Shown here: positions 10,238-20,979 of the stretch, one piece after another | How the letters are laid out: every line of letters starts with the position of its first letter | Position numbering within the stretch: position 1 is the stretch's first letter | NCBI GenBank assembly: GCA_965277715.1 | Contig: OZ255836.1 | Location: forward strand, 3,584,001 to 3,648,000 | Origin: Gammaproteobacteria bacterium | GTDB lineage: Bacteria > Pseudomonadota > Gammaproteobacteria > JBCCGL01 | Direction of reading: 5' to 3' | Length of the DNA: 64,000 nt | Program-made: the position numbers and the translations under genes | Notes under the pieces: model-generated | Told to the model about the DNA's origin: nothing | The model's input: only the letters and a program-made list of their open reading frames with translations | The model's database searches: none

Positions 10238-11305
10238 ATGATTCTTGTTACGGGTGGGAGTGGTTTTATTGGCTCTAATTTTATACTAGACTGGTTAGCG
10301 TCAACTGAAACAGGCGGTGAGTCCATTATTAATCTGGATAAGCTTACCTATGCGGGTAACCTTGAAAACCTGGCTGAGGTGGAAGAGGATAAACGGTACA
10401 TTTTTATTCAGGGAGATATTAGCGACAGAGTCCTGATAGATCGATTGTTAGTGGAATACTGCCCTCGTGCAGTGTTAAATTTTGCGGCAGAAAGCCATGT
10501 TGATCGCTCTATCAATGGCCCTGGTGATTTTATTCAAACCAATATTGTCGGTACATTTTGTTTGCTTGAAGCGGTACGCTGTTACTGGCAAAATCTGTCG
10601 AGTGAGCATAAAAACGCTTTTCGGTTTTTACAGGTTTCTACTGATGAGGTTTATGGTAGTTTGGATTGCGCAGCACCTGCCTTTACAGAGTACCATCAAT
10701 ACCAACCCAATAGCCCTTACTCAGCCAGTAAAGCGGCAAGTGATCACTTGGTACGGGCGTGGAATCATACTTATAATTTGCCTGTGTTGACTACTCACTG
10801 TAGTAATAATTATGGTCCATATCAATTTCCAGAAAAACTTATTCCTCTGGTGATTAAAAATGCTTTGGCGGGCGATGTTTTACCTATTTATGGCGATGGT
10901 TTGCAGGTTCGCGATTGGCTCTATGTCCAAGATCACTGTCGCGCTATTCAATGGGTATTGCGGGAAGGAAGGCTGGGTAATACTTATAACATAGGCGGCT
11001 GTAATGAGAAAACTAACGTCGAAATTGTACATGCCATTTGTGAACTACTCGATGAGTTTCACCCCAAGCCTGGTGAAACAAGTTATGCTCAACAAATACG
11101 CTTTGTTAAGGATCGTCCAGGACATGATCGGCGTTATGCTATCGATGCGCGAAAAATTGAAAAAGAAATAGGCTGGAAGCCTATTGAAACGTTCGAGAGT
11201 GGTATAAGAAAGACTGTGCGATGGTATTTGAAAAACCAGGAGTGGATTGTCCATATAGAGAATGGTGAATATCGTAGTAAGCCGAAGCTATCAAATGACA
11301 GATAA
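10238..11305 (+). CDS. rfbB: dTDP-glucose 4,6-dehydratase
   Basis: [48 protein letters not shown]. Confidence 0.96.
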   Translation: MILVTGGSGFIGSNFILDWLASTETGGESIINLDKLTYAGNLENLAEVEEDKRYIFIQGDISDRVLIDRLLVEYCPRAVLNFAAESHVDRSINGPGDFIQTNIVGTFCLLEAVRCYWQNLSSEHKNAFRFLQVSTDEVYGSLDCAAPAFTEYHQYQPNSPYSASKAASDHLVRAWNHTYNLPVLTTHCSNNYGPYQFPEKLIPLVIKNALAGDVLPIYGDGLQVRDWLYVQDHCRAIQWVLREGRLGNTYNIGGCNEKTNVEIVHAICELLDEFHPKPGETSYAQQIRFVKDRPGHDRRYAIDARKIEKEIGWKPIETFESGIRKTVRWYLKNQEWIVHIENGEYRSKPKLSNDR

Positions 11306-12215
11306 GGCGATCTTATTGTTTGGCGTAAATGGGCAACTTGGTTTTGATCTCCAGAAGGTTTTGACTTCAGTGGGCAATGTGATTGGGGTTGATCGCAAGC
11401 AGATTGACCTTTCCCAGCCGGAATCTATACGCAGCATTGTTCGCTCTTATCGACCAGCAGTTATCGTCAATGCTGCAGCTTATACTGCTGTGGATAAAGC
11501 AGAGAGCGATGTGGATATGGCCTATGCTGTAAATGCTTTAGCGCCCGAAGTGTTGGCTGAAGAGGCGCAAGCTTGTGGTGCGATTATGCTGCATTACTCC
11601 ACTGACTATGTATTTGATGGGCAGAAGGCTGGTTATTACACTGAATCTGATACACCAAACCCCCAATCTATCTATGGTCGTAGCAAGCTACTCGGTGAAC
11701 AGGCAGTAGGGCGTGTTTGTGAACGCCATTTTATATTCAGAACAAGCTGGGTTGTTGGGCAACAGGGTGGCAATTTTCTCAAGACGATACTACGTCTAGC
11801 TACTGAACGTGAAAAACTACGTATAGTGGCAGATCAACTAGGTGTTCCGACTACATCAGAGTTGATTGCCGAGGTGAGTGCTCAGGTACTGTGCGTCATG
11901 CGTAATATTGCACCGGATGATAAACGTTGGGGGCTTTATCATTTAGTCGCTGGGGGTGAAACAAATTGGCATGCTTATGCTCAATATATCATCACACTAC
12001 TACAAAGATATGGACACACACTGAAAATTACCCCCGAGGATGTTGAGCCTATTACTACGGCTGAATATCCGCTACCGGCTGTGCGGCCTGCTAATTCGCG
12101 CTTGGATACTATTAAATTGCGTTCAGTTTTTTCTTGTGAGTTGCCTGACTGGAAAGTAGGCGTGAATAATGTGTTGTTGCAGCTCATTAGCCAACAACAA
12201 GCAGCAGTAGGTTAA
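11295..12215 (+). CDS. rfbD: dTDP-4-dehydrorhamnose reductase
   Basis: [43 protein letters not shown]. Start at ATG 11295. Confidence 0.95.
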   Translation: MTDKAILLFGVNGQLGFDLQKVLTSVGNVIGVDRKQIDLSQPESIRSIVRSYRPAVIVNAAAYTAVDKAESDVDMAYAVNALAPEVLAEEAQACGAIMLHYSTDYVFDGQKAGYYTESDTPNPQSIYGRSKLLGEQAVGRVCERHFIFRTSWVVGQQGGNFLKTILRLATEREKLRIVADQLGVPTTSELIAEVSAQVLCVMRNIAPDDKRWGLYHLVAGGETNWHAYAQYIITLLQRYGHTLKITPEDVEPITTAEYPLPAVRPANSRLDTIKLRSVFSCELPDWKVGVNNVLLQLISQQQAAVG

Positions 12216-12217
12216 TA

Positions 12218-13120
12218 ATGATTAAGCAAAAATCCACTATGCTTTCCCGCAAAGGGATTATTCTTGCTGGTGGCTCAGGTACTCGACTTTATCCTGTTAC
12301 ACAGGTGCTTTCTAAGCAGTTGATGCCTGTGTACGATAAACCTATGATTTATTACCCATTAAGTACTTTGATGTTAGCGGGTATTCGTGATGTTTTAGTT
12401 ATCTCGACACCACAGGATACACCTCATTTTACTGCGTTGTTAGGTGATGGTAGTCAGTGGGGTATGAGTATTCAGTATGCTGTGCAGCCCACACCAGAGG
12501 GTTTGGCTCAAGCTTTTATCATTGGCAGGGAGTTTGTAGGCAAGCATCCCAGCGCGTTGGTATTGGGTGACAATATTTTTTACGGGCATGATCTTGTGAG
12601 GCAATTAAACAATGCAGGCGCTCGCTCACATGGCGCTAGTATCTTTGCTTACCATGTACAAGATCCTGAGCGCTATGGCGTAGTCACATTTGATGTCGAT
12701 CAACGGGCGATTAGCATTGAAGAGAAACCTGAACGACCGCAAAGTAATTATGCGGCAACAGGGCTTTATTTCTATGACGAGCAGGTTTGTGATATTGCTG
12801 CGGATGTTAAGCCTTCTAAGCGTGGTGAATTGGAAATTACTGATGTTAATAAATATTACCTGGAGGAACACCTGCTTAACGTAGAAATTATGGGGCGAGG
12901 TTACGCCTGGCTGGATACGGGAACCCATGACAGCTTACTTGAAGCCGCCAGTTTTATTTCGACTTTGCAAAAGCGGCAGGGCTTGAGAGTGGCATGCCCT
13001 GAAGAAATTGCTTTTTCCCAAAACTGGATAGATGCAGATAAAATGCAAGAGCTGGCAGTACCTCTTGCCAAAAATAGCTATGGTCAGTATTTACTCGGTC
13101 TGCTGAAGGGAGTGAAATAA
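12218..13120 (+). CDS. rfbA: Glucose-1-phosphate thymidylyltransferase
   Basis: [41 protein letters not shown]. Confidence 0.97.
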   Translation: MIKQKSTMLSRKGIILAGGSGTRLYPVTQVLSKQLMPVYDKPMIYYPLSTLMLAGIRDVLVISTPQDTPHFTALLGDGSQWGMSIQYAVQPTPEGLAQAFIIGREFVGKHPSALVLGDNIFYGHDLVRQLNNAGARSHGASIFAYHVQDPERYGVVTFDVDQRAISIEEKPERPQSNYAATGLYFYDEQVCDIAADVKPSKRGELEITDVNKYYLEEHLLNVEIMGRGYAWLDTGTHDSLLEAASFISTLQKRQGLRVACPEEIAFSQNWIDADKMQELAVPLAKNSYGQYLLGLLKGVK

Positions 13121-13121
13121 A

Positions 13122-13673
13122 ATGCCTTATAATGTAACAGCGACTGCATTGCGTGAAGTATTAATTCTTGAGCCAAAAGTTTTTGGTGATGAACGAGGGT
13201 TTTTCTTTGAAAGCTTCAATCAGTGTGATTTTGAACAGGCAGTTGGTCTGGATATAACATTCGTGCAGGATAATCATAGTCGTTCCACATATGGAGTGTT
13301 ACGTGGTTTGCACTACCAGATTCAACATCCTCAAGGCAAATTAGTGCGTGTTACTCAAGGCGAAGTCTTTGATGTGGTTGTCGATTTACGAAAATCCTCG
13401 CCAGACTTTGGTCGGTGGACTGGTGTTGTAATATCGGCTGATAATAAAAGACAACTGTGGGTGCCGGCAGGGTTTGCACATGGTTTTATTGTCACTAGCG
13501 ATACAGCAGAATTTCTCTATAAAACTACAGACTATTGGTATCCCGAGTACGAACGGAGTTTGCTCTGGAATGATCCGGATGTTGGCGTGCAGTGGCCGGT
13601 TGATGGTGAGCCTACGCTTGCTACTAAGGATGCTGCGGGTAAATATCTAGCTGAGGCTGATACATTTGGGTAA
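13122..13673 (+). CDS. rfbC: dTDP-4-dehydrorhamnose 3,5-epimerase
   Basis: FGDERGFF, VQDNHSRS, LRGLHYQ, GFAHGF. Confidence 0.96.
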   Translation: MPYNVTATALREVLILEPKVFGDERGFFFESFNQCDFEQAVGLDITFVQDNHSRSTYGVLRGLHYQIQHPQGKLVRVTQGEVFDVVVDLRKSSPDFGRWTGVVISADNKRQLWVPAGFAHGFIVTSDTAEFLYKTTDYWYPEYERSLLWNDPDVGVQWPVDGEPTLATKDAAGKYLAEADTFG

Positions 13674-13771
13674 CTTGCACCGCAGAGGGCATTCAACCTT
13701 TTAGCGTGTTACATATTGATTTTGCTATAAAAGGTTCGCCAGATTTTTTGTCAATCCACTGAGTGGAAATG

Positions 13772-14752
13772 TTAAGAGATAGATTGGTAGTAAACATTCT
13801 GTGGATGATCCGCTTCAATGAAAAAATACCATCGCTCGACCAGTAGCCCTACATACTGGACGATATAAACTATCATAAAAAGCCAGAAAAATGATTGCTT
13901 AAGAGAAAGTACCAATAATATTACTGGAAAAACAAATACAGTAATTAAAAAAAACCGGCGTGCCAGTTTAATAATAGTGGTTGAATAAGTGTGAATAAAT
14001 GTACGGGTATTGAAACTTCCCCCCATTGCACCCTGGGCCATTTGGCGAATGGTGGGGTGATGGATGCCGGTTGCCGATTGTAGGGTAGTTGTGTGGCGTA
14101 GATTCTTATTGCGGATGAGTGTCGCCCACCGGGAAATGCCAGCCAGCAGTGTAAAGAGGATAGCAGATCCTGTATAAAACCCAGTGTATTGACTAGAGAG
14201 AAATGCAGCGACAACGCAGGCCAATGTACAGCCAGAGGCGCTGCCCAGCAAAAAGAAATTACACACCGTTAATGGGCTATGCCACTGGCGCAGGAATTTC
14301 AGACAGGCGTAGATCATTGAGGTGCACACGAATAATCCAATGATTGCGATAGCGGTAAATCCACCAATGAGTGTGTGCAGCGGAACATCAACACCATTGC
14401 TGAGTGTTATTGCAACGGCTTTTGGGTCGGCATAGATTACTGCTGTGTAAATGAGTATTGATCCCATCACAATGGGGAGGGCGATCACCTCGCGTGATAG
14501 CCAGGAGGTGCGCCACATGGCGGCGGCCCGCCAGGCGCGCTCAGGATGCCCGAGGTGGAAGAATGAGGCCATTAATCCAGCCGCTAATAATGAAAAGCTG
14601 AGCACACCGCCCGTCGTAAACTCGGCGGTGTTATCTGTCGTGGGTAGCAGGGTGAGCAGTGCGAGTACATGGGCGCTGAATTGTGCCAGAAAAAGGCCCT
14701 GGCCAGCACCAATCAAGGTGGTGAGAAGGATAACGGAGAGTGCAGGTTTCAT
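13772..14752 (-). CDS. soeC: Sulfite dehydrogenase membrane anchor (DmsC-like)
   Basis: MKPALSVI..., ASFFHLGHPERAWRA, WRTSWLSRE, ERWYFF..HPQNVYYQ; multiple TM segments; operon position. Confidence 0.85.
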   Translation of the reverse strand: MKPALSVILLTTLIGAGQGLFLAQFSAHVLALLTLLPTTDNTAEFTTGGVLSFSLLAAGLMASFFHLGHPERAWRAAAMWRTSWLSREVIALPIVMGSILIYTAVIYADPKAVAITLSNGVDVPLHTLIGGFTAIAIIGLFVCTSMIYACLKFLRQWHSPLTVCNFFLLGSASGCTLACVVAAFLSSQYTGFYTGSAILFTLLAGISRWATLIRNKNLRHTTTLQSATGIHHPTIRQMAQGAMGGSFNTRTFIHTYSTTIIKLARRFFLITVFVFPVILLVLSLKQSFFWLFMIVYIVQYVGLLVERWYFFIEADHPQNVYYQSIS

Positions 14753-14756
14753 AGCC

Positions 14757-15488
14757 TTACCAACTGGTGGAATCGTCGAGTGTGGTCTTTTTACTCGGGT
14801 TGCGTTTGAGCTTATCTTCTTTTTTTAGTGGGTTGTTGGATCGCACCAACTCGTCTTCGTGGATATGCATATGGGTTTTACGGCGCGGTAGGTAGTGGTT
14901 GGCTGGAGTTGTGCCCCACTCTGGCATAAGTGGGTAACCACCGGCCTCACTGATCGCCTGTGATGCCTCGGAGTTAGGGTCGTGGATATCGCCATAAATA
15001 CGCGCACTGGTAGGGCAGGACAACACACACACTGGCTTGCGCTCGCTTTCTGGCAGTGTTTCGTCATATAGCCGATCGACACATAACGTACATTTCATCA
15101 TGACTTTTTGTTTTTCGTCGAGTTCGCGTGCACCGTAAGGGCAGGCCCAGGAACAGTACTCGCAACCGATGCATTTGTCATAATCGACCAGTACGATGCC
15201 GTCTTCCGGGCGTTTGTAGCTGGCGCCGGTTGGGCATACGGGTACACACGGTGGGTCTTCGCAGTGCAAGCAGGATTTAGGAAAGTGAACTGTCTGGGTA
15301 TCGGGAAATGTGCCCACTTCAAAGGTTTGCACGCGGTTGAAAAATGTGCCGCTCGGTTCGGCTGTGTAGGCATTTTTGTCAAACATTGGCCCCGCTTCAC
15401 CCGAGGTGTTCCACTCTTTACAGCTGGTGACACAGGCGTGGCAGCCAACACAGGTATTTAAATCGATAACAAGTGCGAGTTGAGTCAT
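14757..15488 (-). CDS. soeB: Sulfite dehydrogenase 4Fe-4S subunit
   Basis: CVGCHACVTSC, CLHCEDPPCVPVCP, CIGCEYCSWACP, CTLC. Confidence 0.88.
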   Translation of the reverse strand: MTQLALVIDLNTCVGCHACVTSCKEWNTSGEAGPMFDKNAYTAEPSGTFFNRVQTFEVGTFPDTQTVHFPKSCLHCEDPPCVPVCPTGASYKRPEDGIVLVDYDKCIGCEYCSWACPYGARELDEKQKVMMKCTLCVDRLYDETLPESERKPVCVLSCPTSARIYGDIHDPNSEASQAISEAGGYPLMPEWGTTPANHYLPRRKTHMHIHEDELVRSNNPLKKEDKLKRNPSKKTTLDDSTSW

Positions 15489-18367
15489 GAGTTAATCAGC
15501 CCTTTCGCGAATGCCTGCCATTTTGGATACCGGGGTTGCATACCGGGCACCGTTGGCATGTGGTTGAATTGAGGGAATGTCTGTTTTGGTTCATCGGCTG
15601 CCGCTTTATAAACGCGCACGCGCACATCGTACCAGGCCGCCTGTCCGGTGATAGGGTCAGAGTTGGAGATGGTGCTTTCACTTGAGCCAGAAGGGAGTTC
15701 TTCACTGATTAAGTGATTGAGCAGAAAGCCTTTGTTTGATTCATTGGCGCTTTTGTCCAGTGCCCAGCTACCCGAGGCTTTGCCAATGGCGTTCCAGGTC
15801 CAGACTGTGCCCGGTTCTACGGCCTCTGAGAAACGGCACATGCAGCGTACTTTGCCGTGTGCCGATTCGACCCATATCCAATCACCGTCGGCAAAACCCT
15901 GGGCTGCGCCAACTCTGGGGTTGACGAACAAATAGTTGTGCGCGTGGATTTGCCGCAGCCAGGCATTTTGTGAATCCCAGGAGTGGTACATTGCCATCGG
16001 TCGCTGGGTGATCGCGTTGAGTGGGTATTTTTCTGTATCGATACACTGTGTCTCCAGTGGTTGTGAATAAAACGGCAGTGGATCGAAGTGCGTACTGACG
16101 CGTTCACGAAGGTGGTCTGGCGGTTGTCGGCCAGCCCGTTTACCCTGAGCGGCGAGGCGAAATTTTTGCAATACTTCAGAATAGATATGCAGGTTGACCG
16201 GGTCGGTATAGCGGATCAAACCATGGTCCTGTGCCCAGTGCAGGTAGCCACGGTTCCAGTTGCGCATGTATTGAAATGATTTCGGCAGGGTGTACTGGTA
16301 TACGCAGTTGTTTTTTGCGTACATTTCCCATTGTTGTGGGTTGGGTTCGCCGCGCATAAATTTTTCACCGCCTTTGCCACGCCACCCCGCCAGAAAACCG
16401 ATGCCAGAACCTGGCTCGGTCTCATAGTTAATCACTAAATCTTTGTAGTCTTTGAATTTTCGCGAGCCGTCCCCGTTCAGAAAACGGGGCAGCTTCAGGC
16501 GAGTGGCCAGCTCTACAACAACATCCTGAAAGGGTCGGCAATCGCCTTTCGGTGGCACCACCGGCACTCGCACCGAATCGGCGGGGCCTTCAAACTCAGA
16601 GATTGGACGATCCAGCATCGACATGGCGTCATAACGCTCCAGGTAACTGGTATCGGGCAATACAATATCGGCAAAGGCGATTGTTTCCGAGTGGTAGGCA
16701 TCGCATACGATTAGAAACGGGATCTTGTACTCGCCGTCGTCGTTTTTATCCACCAGCATTTCGCGCACACGCGTCGTGTTCATCGATGAGTTCCATGCCA
16801 TGTTGGCCATAAACAGCATCAGTGTATCGATTGGGTAGGGATCACCCCGCCAGGCATTGGTGATGACATTGTGCATTAAGCCGTGTACGGCCAGTGGATA
16901 CTCCCACGAGAAGGCCTTGTCGAGACGCACAGGGCCGCCTCGATCATCGACAAACAAATGCTCTGGATTTGCGGGAAACCCCAGTGGCATACCATCGAGC
17001 GGTGCGCCGGGCTGTACTGCGTCGGGTGAGTTTGGTGGCTTGGCGCAGGGCGGGATAGGCCGTGGAAAAGGGGCTTTGTGGCGAAAGCCGCCAGGGCGGT
17101 CGATGGTGCCCAACAGTGACATCAGGATACCCAGTGCACGGATTGTCTGGAAGCCATTCGAGTGTGCCGCCAGACCGCGCATGGCGTGAAATGAAACCGG
17201 GTTACCCGTAACGGTATCGTGATCCACTCCCCAGGCATCGGTCCACTGGATCGGCAATTCGATTTTTTCGTCGCGTGCTGTAATGCCCATTTCATGGGCG
17301 AGGCGTCTGATAGTACTGGCGGCAATGCCGGTAATACCTTCGGCCCATTCAGGAGTGTATTGTTCGACGCGCTCCTTGAGTAGTTGCAGTGACGTTTTTA
17401 CCGGCTTGCCGTCAACTTCGTATTCGCCCAGCAGACGGGGGTCGGCACCTTTGCTGTGCGTGTGCACCGGTGAATCTGAATTTCTGTCCCAGCAAATTTT
17501 GTTTTCCGGTTCGACGCAGGTTTTTTCCGTGGGTAAATGGTGGCGTAAAAACAGGCCATAATCGTCACTGTCCGGGTCGAGGTTGACTAAATCCGGTGCG
17601 TTGCTGTAATTGATTAAAAACTCCCGGTCGAACAATCCCTGCGCGATGATTTCCCGGATAATCGCCAGTAGTAACGCACCGTCAGTACCGGGTTTTATGG
17701 GTACCCATTCATCGGCGATGGCGGCGTAGCCGGTGCGTACCGGGTTGATTGCGATAAAGCGCCCACCGTTGCGTTTGAACTTTGCCAAAGCAATTTTCAT
17801 CGGATTGGAGTGGTGGTCTTCAGCCGTGCCCAGCATGATAAATAAACGGGATCGTTCCAGATCGGGGCCACCAAATTCCCAAAAAGAACCACCGATGGTG
17901 TAAATCATGCCCGCCGCCATATTCACCGAGCAGAAGCCACCGTGTGCTGCGTAATTGGGTGTGCCAAACTGTTTGGCAAACAAGCCGGTCAATGCCTGCA
18001 TCTGATCGCGGCCCGTGAAAAAGGCAAATTTCTTTGGATCGGTTTCCCGGATAGTATGCAGACGGTCGGCAATTGTGCTGAGCGCCTCTTCCCAGGATAT
18101 TTCCTCAAATTCAGATTGGCCTCGATCACAACCTGGCTTTCGGCGTAATGGTTTGGTCAGCCGGGCGGGTGAGTACTGTTTCATGATGCCAGATGCCCCT
18201 TTGGCGCATAACACACCTTTATTAATTGGGTGGGCCGGGTTACCCTGAATAAACCGTATTTCACCGTCTTCCACCGTGACATTGATGCCACAGCGACAGG
18301 CACACATATAGCACGTGGTCGATTTGACTTCGCGCTTTATAGCGGGTGTAGGGTTTGGCTTGTTCAT
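15485..18367 (-). CDS. soeA: Sulfite dehydrogenase molybdopterin subunit (DMSO reductase family, no Tat signal)
   Basis: TTCYMCACRCGI Fe-S motif, FTGRDQ, NYAAHGGFCSVNMA, MYHSWDSQNAWLRQI. No twin-arginine leader. Confidence 0.88.
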   Translation of the reverse strand: MNKPNPTPAIKREVKSTTCYMCACRCGINVTVEDGEIRFIQGNPAHPINKGVLCAKGASGIMKQYSPARLTKPLRRKPGCDRGQSEFEEISWEEALSTIADRLHTIRETDPKKFAFFTGRDQMQALTGLFAKQFGTPNYAAHGGFCSVNMAAGMIYTIGGSFWEFGGPDLERSRLFIMLGTAEDHHSNPMKIALAKFKRNGGRFIAINPVRTGYAAIADEWVPIKPGTDGALLLAIIREIIAQGLFDREFLINYSNAPDLVNLDPDSDDYGLFLRHHLPTEKTCVEPENKICWDRNSDSPVHTHSKGADPRLLGEYEVDGKPVKTSLQLLKERVEQYTPEWAEGITGIAASTIRRLAHEMGITARDEKIELPIQWTDAWGVDHDTVTGNPVSFHAMRGLAAHSNGFQTIRALGILMSLLGTIDRPGGFRHKAPFPRPIPPCAKPPNSPDAVQPGAPLDGMPLGFPANPEHLFVDDRGGPVRLDKAFSWEYPLAVHGLMHNVITNAWRGDPYPIDTLMLFMANMAWNSSMNTTRVREMLVDKNDDGEYKIPFLIVCDAYHSETIAFADIVLPDTSYLERYDAMSMLDRPISEFEGPADSVRVPVVPPKGDCRPFQDVVVELATRLKLPRFLNGDGSRKFKDYKDLVINYETEPGSGIGFLAGWRGKGGEKFMRGEPNPQQWEMYAKNNCVYQYTLPKSFQYMRNWNRGYLHWAQDHGLIRYTDPVNLHIYSEVLQKFRLAAQGKRAGRQPPDHLRERVSTHFDPLPFYSQPLETQCIDTEKYPLNAITQRPMAMYHSWDSQNAWLRQIHAHNYLFVNPRVGAAQGFADGDWIWVESAHGKVRCMCRFSEAVEPGTVWTWNAIGKASGSWALDKSANESNKGFLLNHLISEELPSGSSESTISNSDPITGQAAWYDVRVRVYKAAADEPKQTFPQFNHMPTVPGMQPRYPKWQAFAKGLINS

Positions 18368-18414
18368 TCAGTTTTAACTCATGCAGCTTTGGGAGAGCAG
18401 GCAGATAAATTCTG

Positions 18415-18473
18415 GGGTAGTGTACTTATAGAATCAAAACAGTGTTTTTGATCTATCTATAAATAAAATAAAT
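18415..18473. repeat. Direct repeat, copy 1 (~59 bp)
   Basis: gggtagtgtacttatagaatcaaaacagtgtttttgatctatctataaataaaataaat matches 20080-20138 at 50/59 positions by manual ungapped alignment. Confidence 0.9.
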
Positions 18474-18704
18474 AGCTAATAATTTTTGTTTATGAATGGT
18501 GGATGATCTCAAAGGGTTTTTGCGGGATTATCGTGAAAGAGTCTTTACATGCATCGGGGCGCCAAATTTATATGGCGCCTGTTTCTGTAATCTCTATATT
18601 GTGTATATATGCACATGGCGCAGATGTCATGTATGCGCTACACAGAGCTTGTAGCCAAAAAATAATAATTTTCATTTCACTATAATGGCCAAAGAGGATG
18701 AAAT

Positions 18705-20066
18705 ATGTCTGCTAACGATGCACTCGGTACCCCCGAGCAATTGAGAGATCCGAACTACACGCCGCCCCTGGGGTCGGCCATCCCGCTGGGTATTCAGCAT
18801 GTGCTGGCGATGTTTGTCAGCAACGTGACACCCGCGATCATCATTGCCGGTGCGGCCGGCTTTGGTTTTGGTTCTGGTTCACCGGACTTCCCGAATCTGA
18901 TCTACATGATCCAGATGTCAATGTTTTTTGCCGGGGTTGCCACCTTGTTTCAGACTATAGGTTTCGGCCCGGTGGGTTCTCGCTTGCCTATCGTTCAAGG
19001 TACTAGCTTTGCCTTTATCCCGATCATAATTCCGCTGGTTGCCGGTAAAGGTGTCGATGCGATGGGAATTGTGATGTGCGGTGTGCTGGTTGGGGGCATT
19101 TTTCACACTTGTCTGGCACCTTTCGTCGGGAAAATCCGTTTCGCTTTGCCGCCATTGGTTACAGGGCTGGTGGTTACGATGATTGGTTTATCGTTAGTCA
19201 AGGTGGGCATCCAGTATGCGGCTGGAGGCGTTCCGGCAATTGGCACGCCTGAGTATGGTAGCCTTCAGAACTGGTCGGTTGCATTGATCGTTATCGTTAC
19301 CACGCTGGGATTGAAGTTCTTCACACGCGGACTGCTTTCGTTGGCTGCGGTATTACTCGGTCTGGTGGTGGGTTACATCGTTGCTTTTTTCATGGGCATG
19401 GTGAGCTTTGCGAGTATCGGTAAGGCAGCGATCATCGAATTTCCGAATCCACTCAACTTTGGTTTGGAGTTCAGCTTTGCTGCGGTGCTCGGATTTTGCC
19501 TGATGGCGTTTATTTCGGCGATTGAAACCATCGGCGATGTATCTGGAATTACCAAAGGTGGTGCGGGTCGAGAAGCCACCGATACTGAAATTAAAGGGGC
19601 TACATTTGCTGATGGAATAGGCACAGCTATTTCAGGTCTATTTGGTGCACTGCCGAATACGTCGTTCTCACAAAATGTTGGGTTGATTGCAATGACTGGC
19701 GTGATGAGTCGTCACGTTGTTACGATCGGCGCTATCTTTCTCATTGTGGCGGGCCTGATACCTAAAGTTGGAGCTAGTATCTCGACGATTCCCATCGAAG
19801 TGCTCGGTGGTGGTGTGATCGTGATGTTTGGTATGGTTGCGTCGGCGGGTGTGTCAATGTTGTCTGATGTCAACTGGACTCGCCGAAACATGGTGATTTT
19901 TGCGGTATCTTTGTCGATAGGACTGGGTTTGCAGCTCGAACCCGGTGCACTTCAATACGTGCCTTCCACACTCAATGTCCTGTTGACATCAGGGCTGTTA
20001 CCTGCGGCCTTTATTGCCATTGCTTTGAACCTTGTTTTACCTGATGAGGTAGAACGTGTTAGCTAA
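18705..20066 (+). CDS. NCS2-family (xanthine/uracil) purine permease
   Basis: GIQHVLAMF, RLPIVQGTSF, ETIGD, NTSFSQNVGLIAMTGVMSR signature. Confidence 0.92.
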   Translation: MSANDALGTPEQLRDPNYTPPLGSAIPLGIQHVLAMFVSNVTPAIIIAGAAGFGFGSGSPDFPNLIYMIQMSMFFAGVATLFQTIGFGPVGSRLPIVQGTSFAFIPIIIPLVAGKGVDAMGIVMCGVLVGGIFHTCLAPFVGKIRFALPPLVTGLVVTMIGLSLVKVGIQYAAGGVPAIGTPEYGSLQNWSVALIVIVTTLGLKFFTRGLLSLAAVLLGLVVGYIVAFFMGMVSFASIGKAAIIEFPNPLNFGLEFSFAAVLGFCLMAFISAIETIGDVSGITKGGAGREATDTEIKGATFADGIGTAISGLFGALPNTSFSQNVGLIAMTGVMSRHVVTIGAIFLIVAGLIPKVGASISTIPIEVLGGGVIVMFGMVASAGVSMLSDVNWTRRNMVIFAVSLSIGLGLQLEPGALQYVPSTLNVLLTSGLLPAAFIAIALNLVLPDEVERVS

Positions 20067-20079
20067 TGCATTATGTCTA

Positions 20080-20138
20080 GGGTAGTGTACTTATAGAGCT
20101 GAAACAGTATTTTTGATCTGTGTATAAATGAACTAAAT
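20080..20138. repeat. Direct repeat, copy 2 (~59 bp)
   Basis: gggtagtgtacttatagagctgaaacagtatttttgatctgtgtataaatgaactaaat; first 18 nt identical to copy 1. Confidence 0.9.
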
Positions 20139-20289
20139 GATAGGTAAAATCTATTAATTTATACTTCATGGGCTGGCAAGGCTGTATGCTATCTGTATGT
20201 TACATAGCCGCTTAGTAATCCTGATCGACAAAAGTTACAAGCTGTGAATTATCTACAAATACTCCGCGCCTGCGGTAGTTAACAACTTA

Positions 20290-20979
20290 ATAAAAAGGAA
20301 ACATAATAAAATATACTTTTTTATTCTTATCGCACTGCTCACGGGTTGCATGACAAACGCTGGGGAATCTGAGTGGACTAAGATTGAAGATCGCGAGAGC
20401 TCACACTTAAACCTGGCAGGTACAACACTGACAAAGACCAGTGTTCGTCGCTCGGATGATAGATCCACGCGTGCAGAGACGGCTCGTTGGGAATCGGGAG
20501 ATGGTATCAGTGCGTTTCTCTATTACAGCTATATTGTTAGTGGATATGTTTATGTAAAACAGTCACAGCAAAATCTTGAAGAAATCATACGGGATTGGTT
20601 TGGTGGTGCTGCGGTGGTACTTGGCTACGGTGGGCAATTGATGCCAGAGTTGCCATTGCTTGAGTACCAGACGTTTGCACATAGAAAAACTCCTTGTGCA
20701 TTATTTCGACAATTCTGGGGAGGTGACCGGGGTGTTGACATAGTGCGAATTGGCGCTCAGCAGGTGCTTGTGATTAATGCGGGAGTACTGGGTGATAATC
20801 AATTGATTGGCTACACCTGTGATATCCATAAACAGGATTATTCGCGTGAGGACGTACAGGCATTTACCATCAATAAACCAAATTCGGCATTGTTGGCCGA
20901 TTCTGGTACAGCAATGCGAATGCGGTGCCCAGAACCAGGGGCCAGTAGCATTTTTTCGCCTCGCATATTTTCCATATGA
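20290..20979 (+). pseudogene. Putative lipoprotein with non-canonical or mutated start; 3' end runs antisense into trhP
   Basis: In-frame upstream extension (ATA)KRKHNKIYFFILIALLTGC looks like a signal peptide with lipobox. No ATG/GTG/TTG after the in-frame TGA at 20245 until 20350. Overlaps the convergent gene by 142 bp. Confidence 0.5.

Noticed and set aside
18555-18640. Hairpins in the NCS2 permease leader as a possible purine or xanthine riboswitch
   Set aside because: No recognisable riboswitch consensus by eye; an Rfam scan would be needed.
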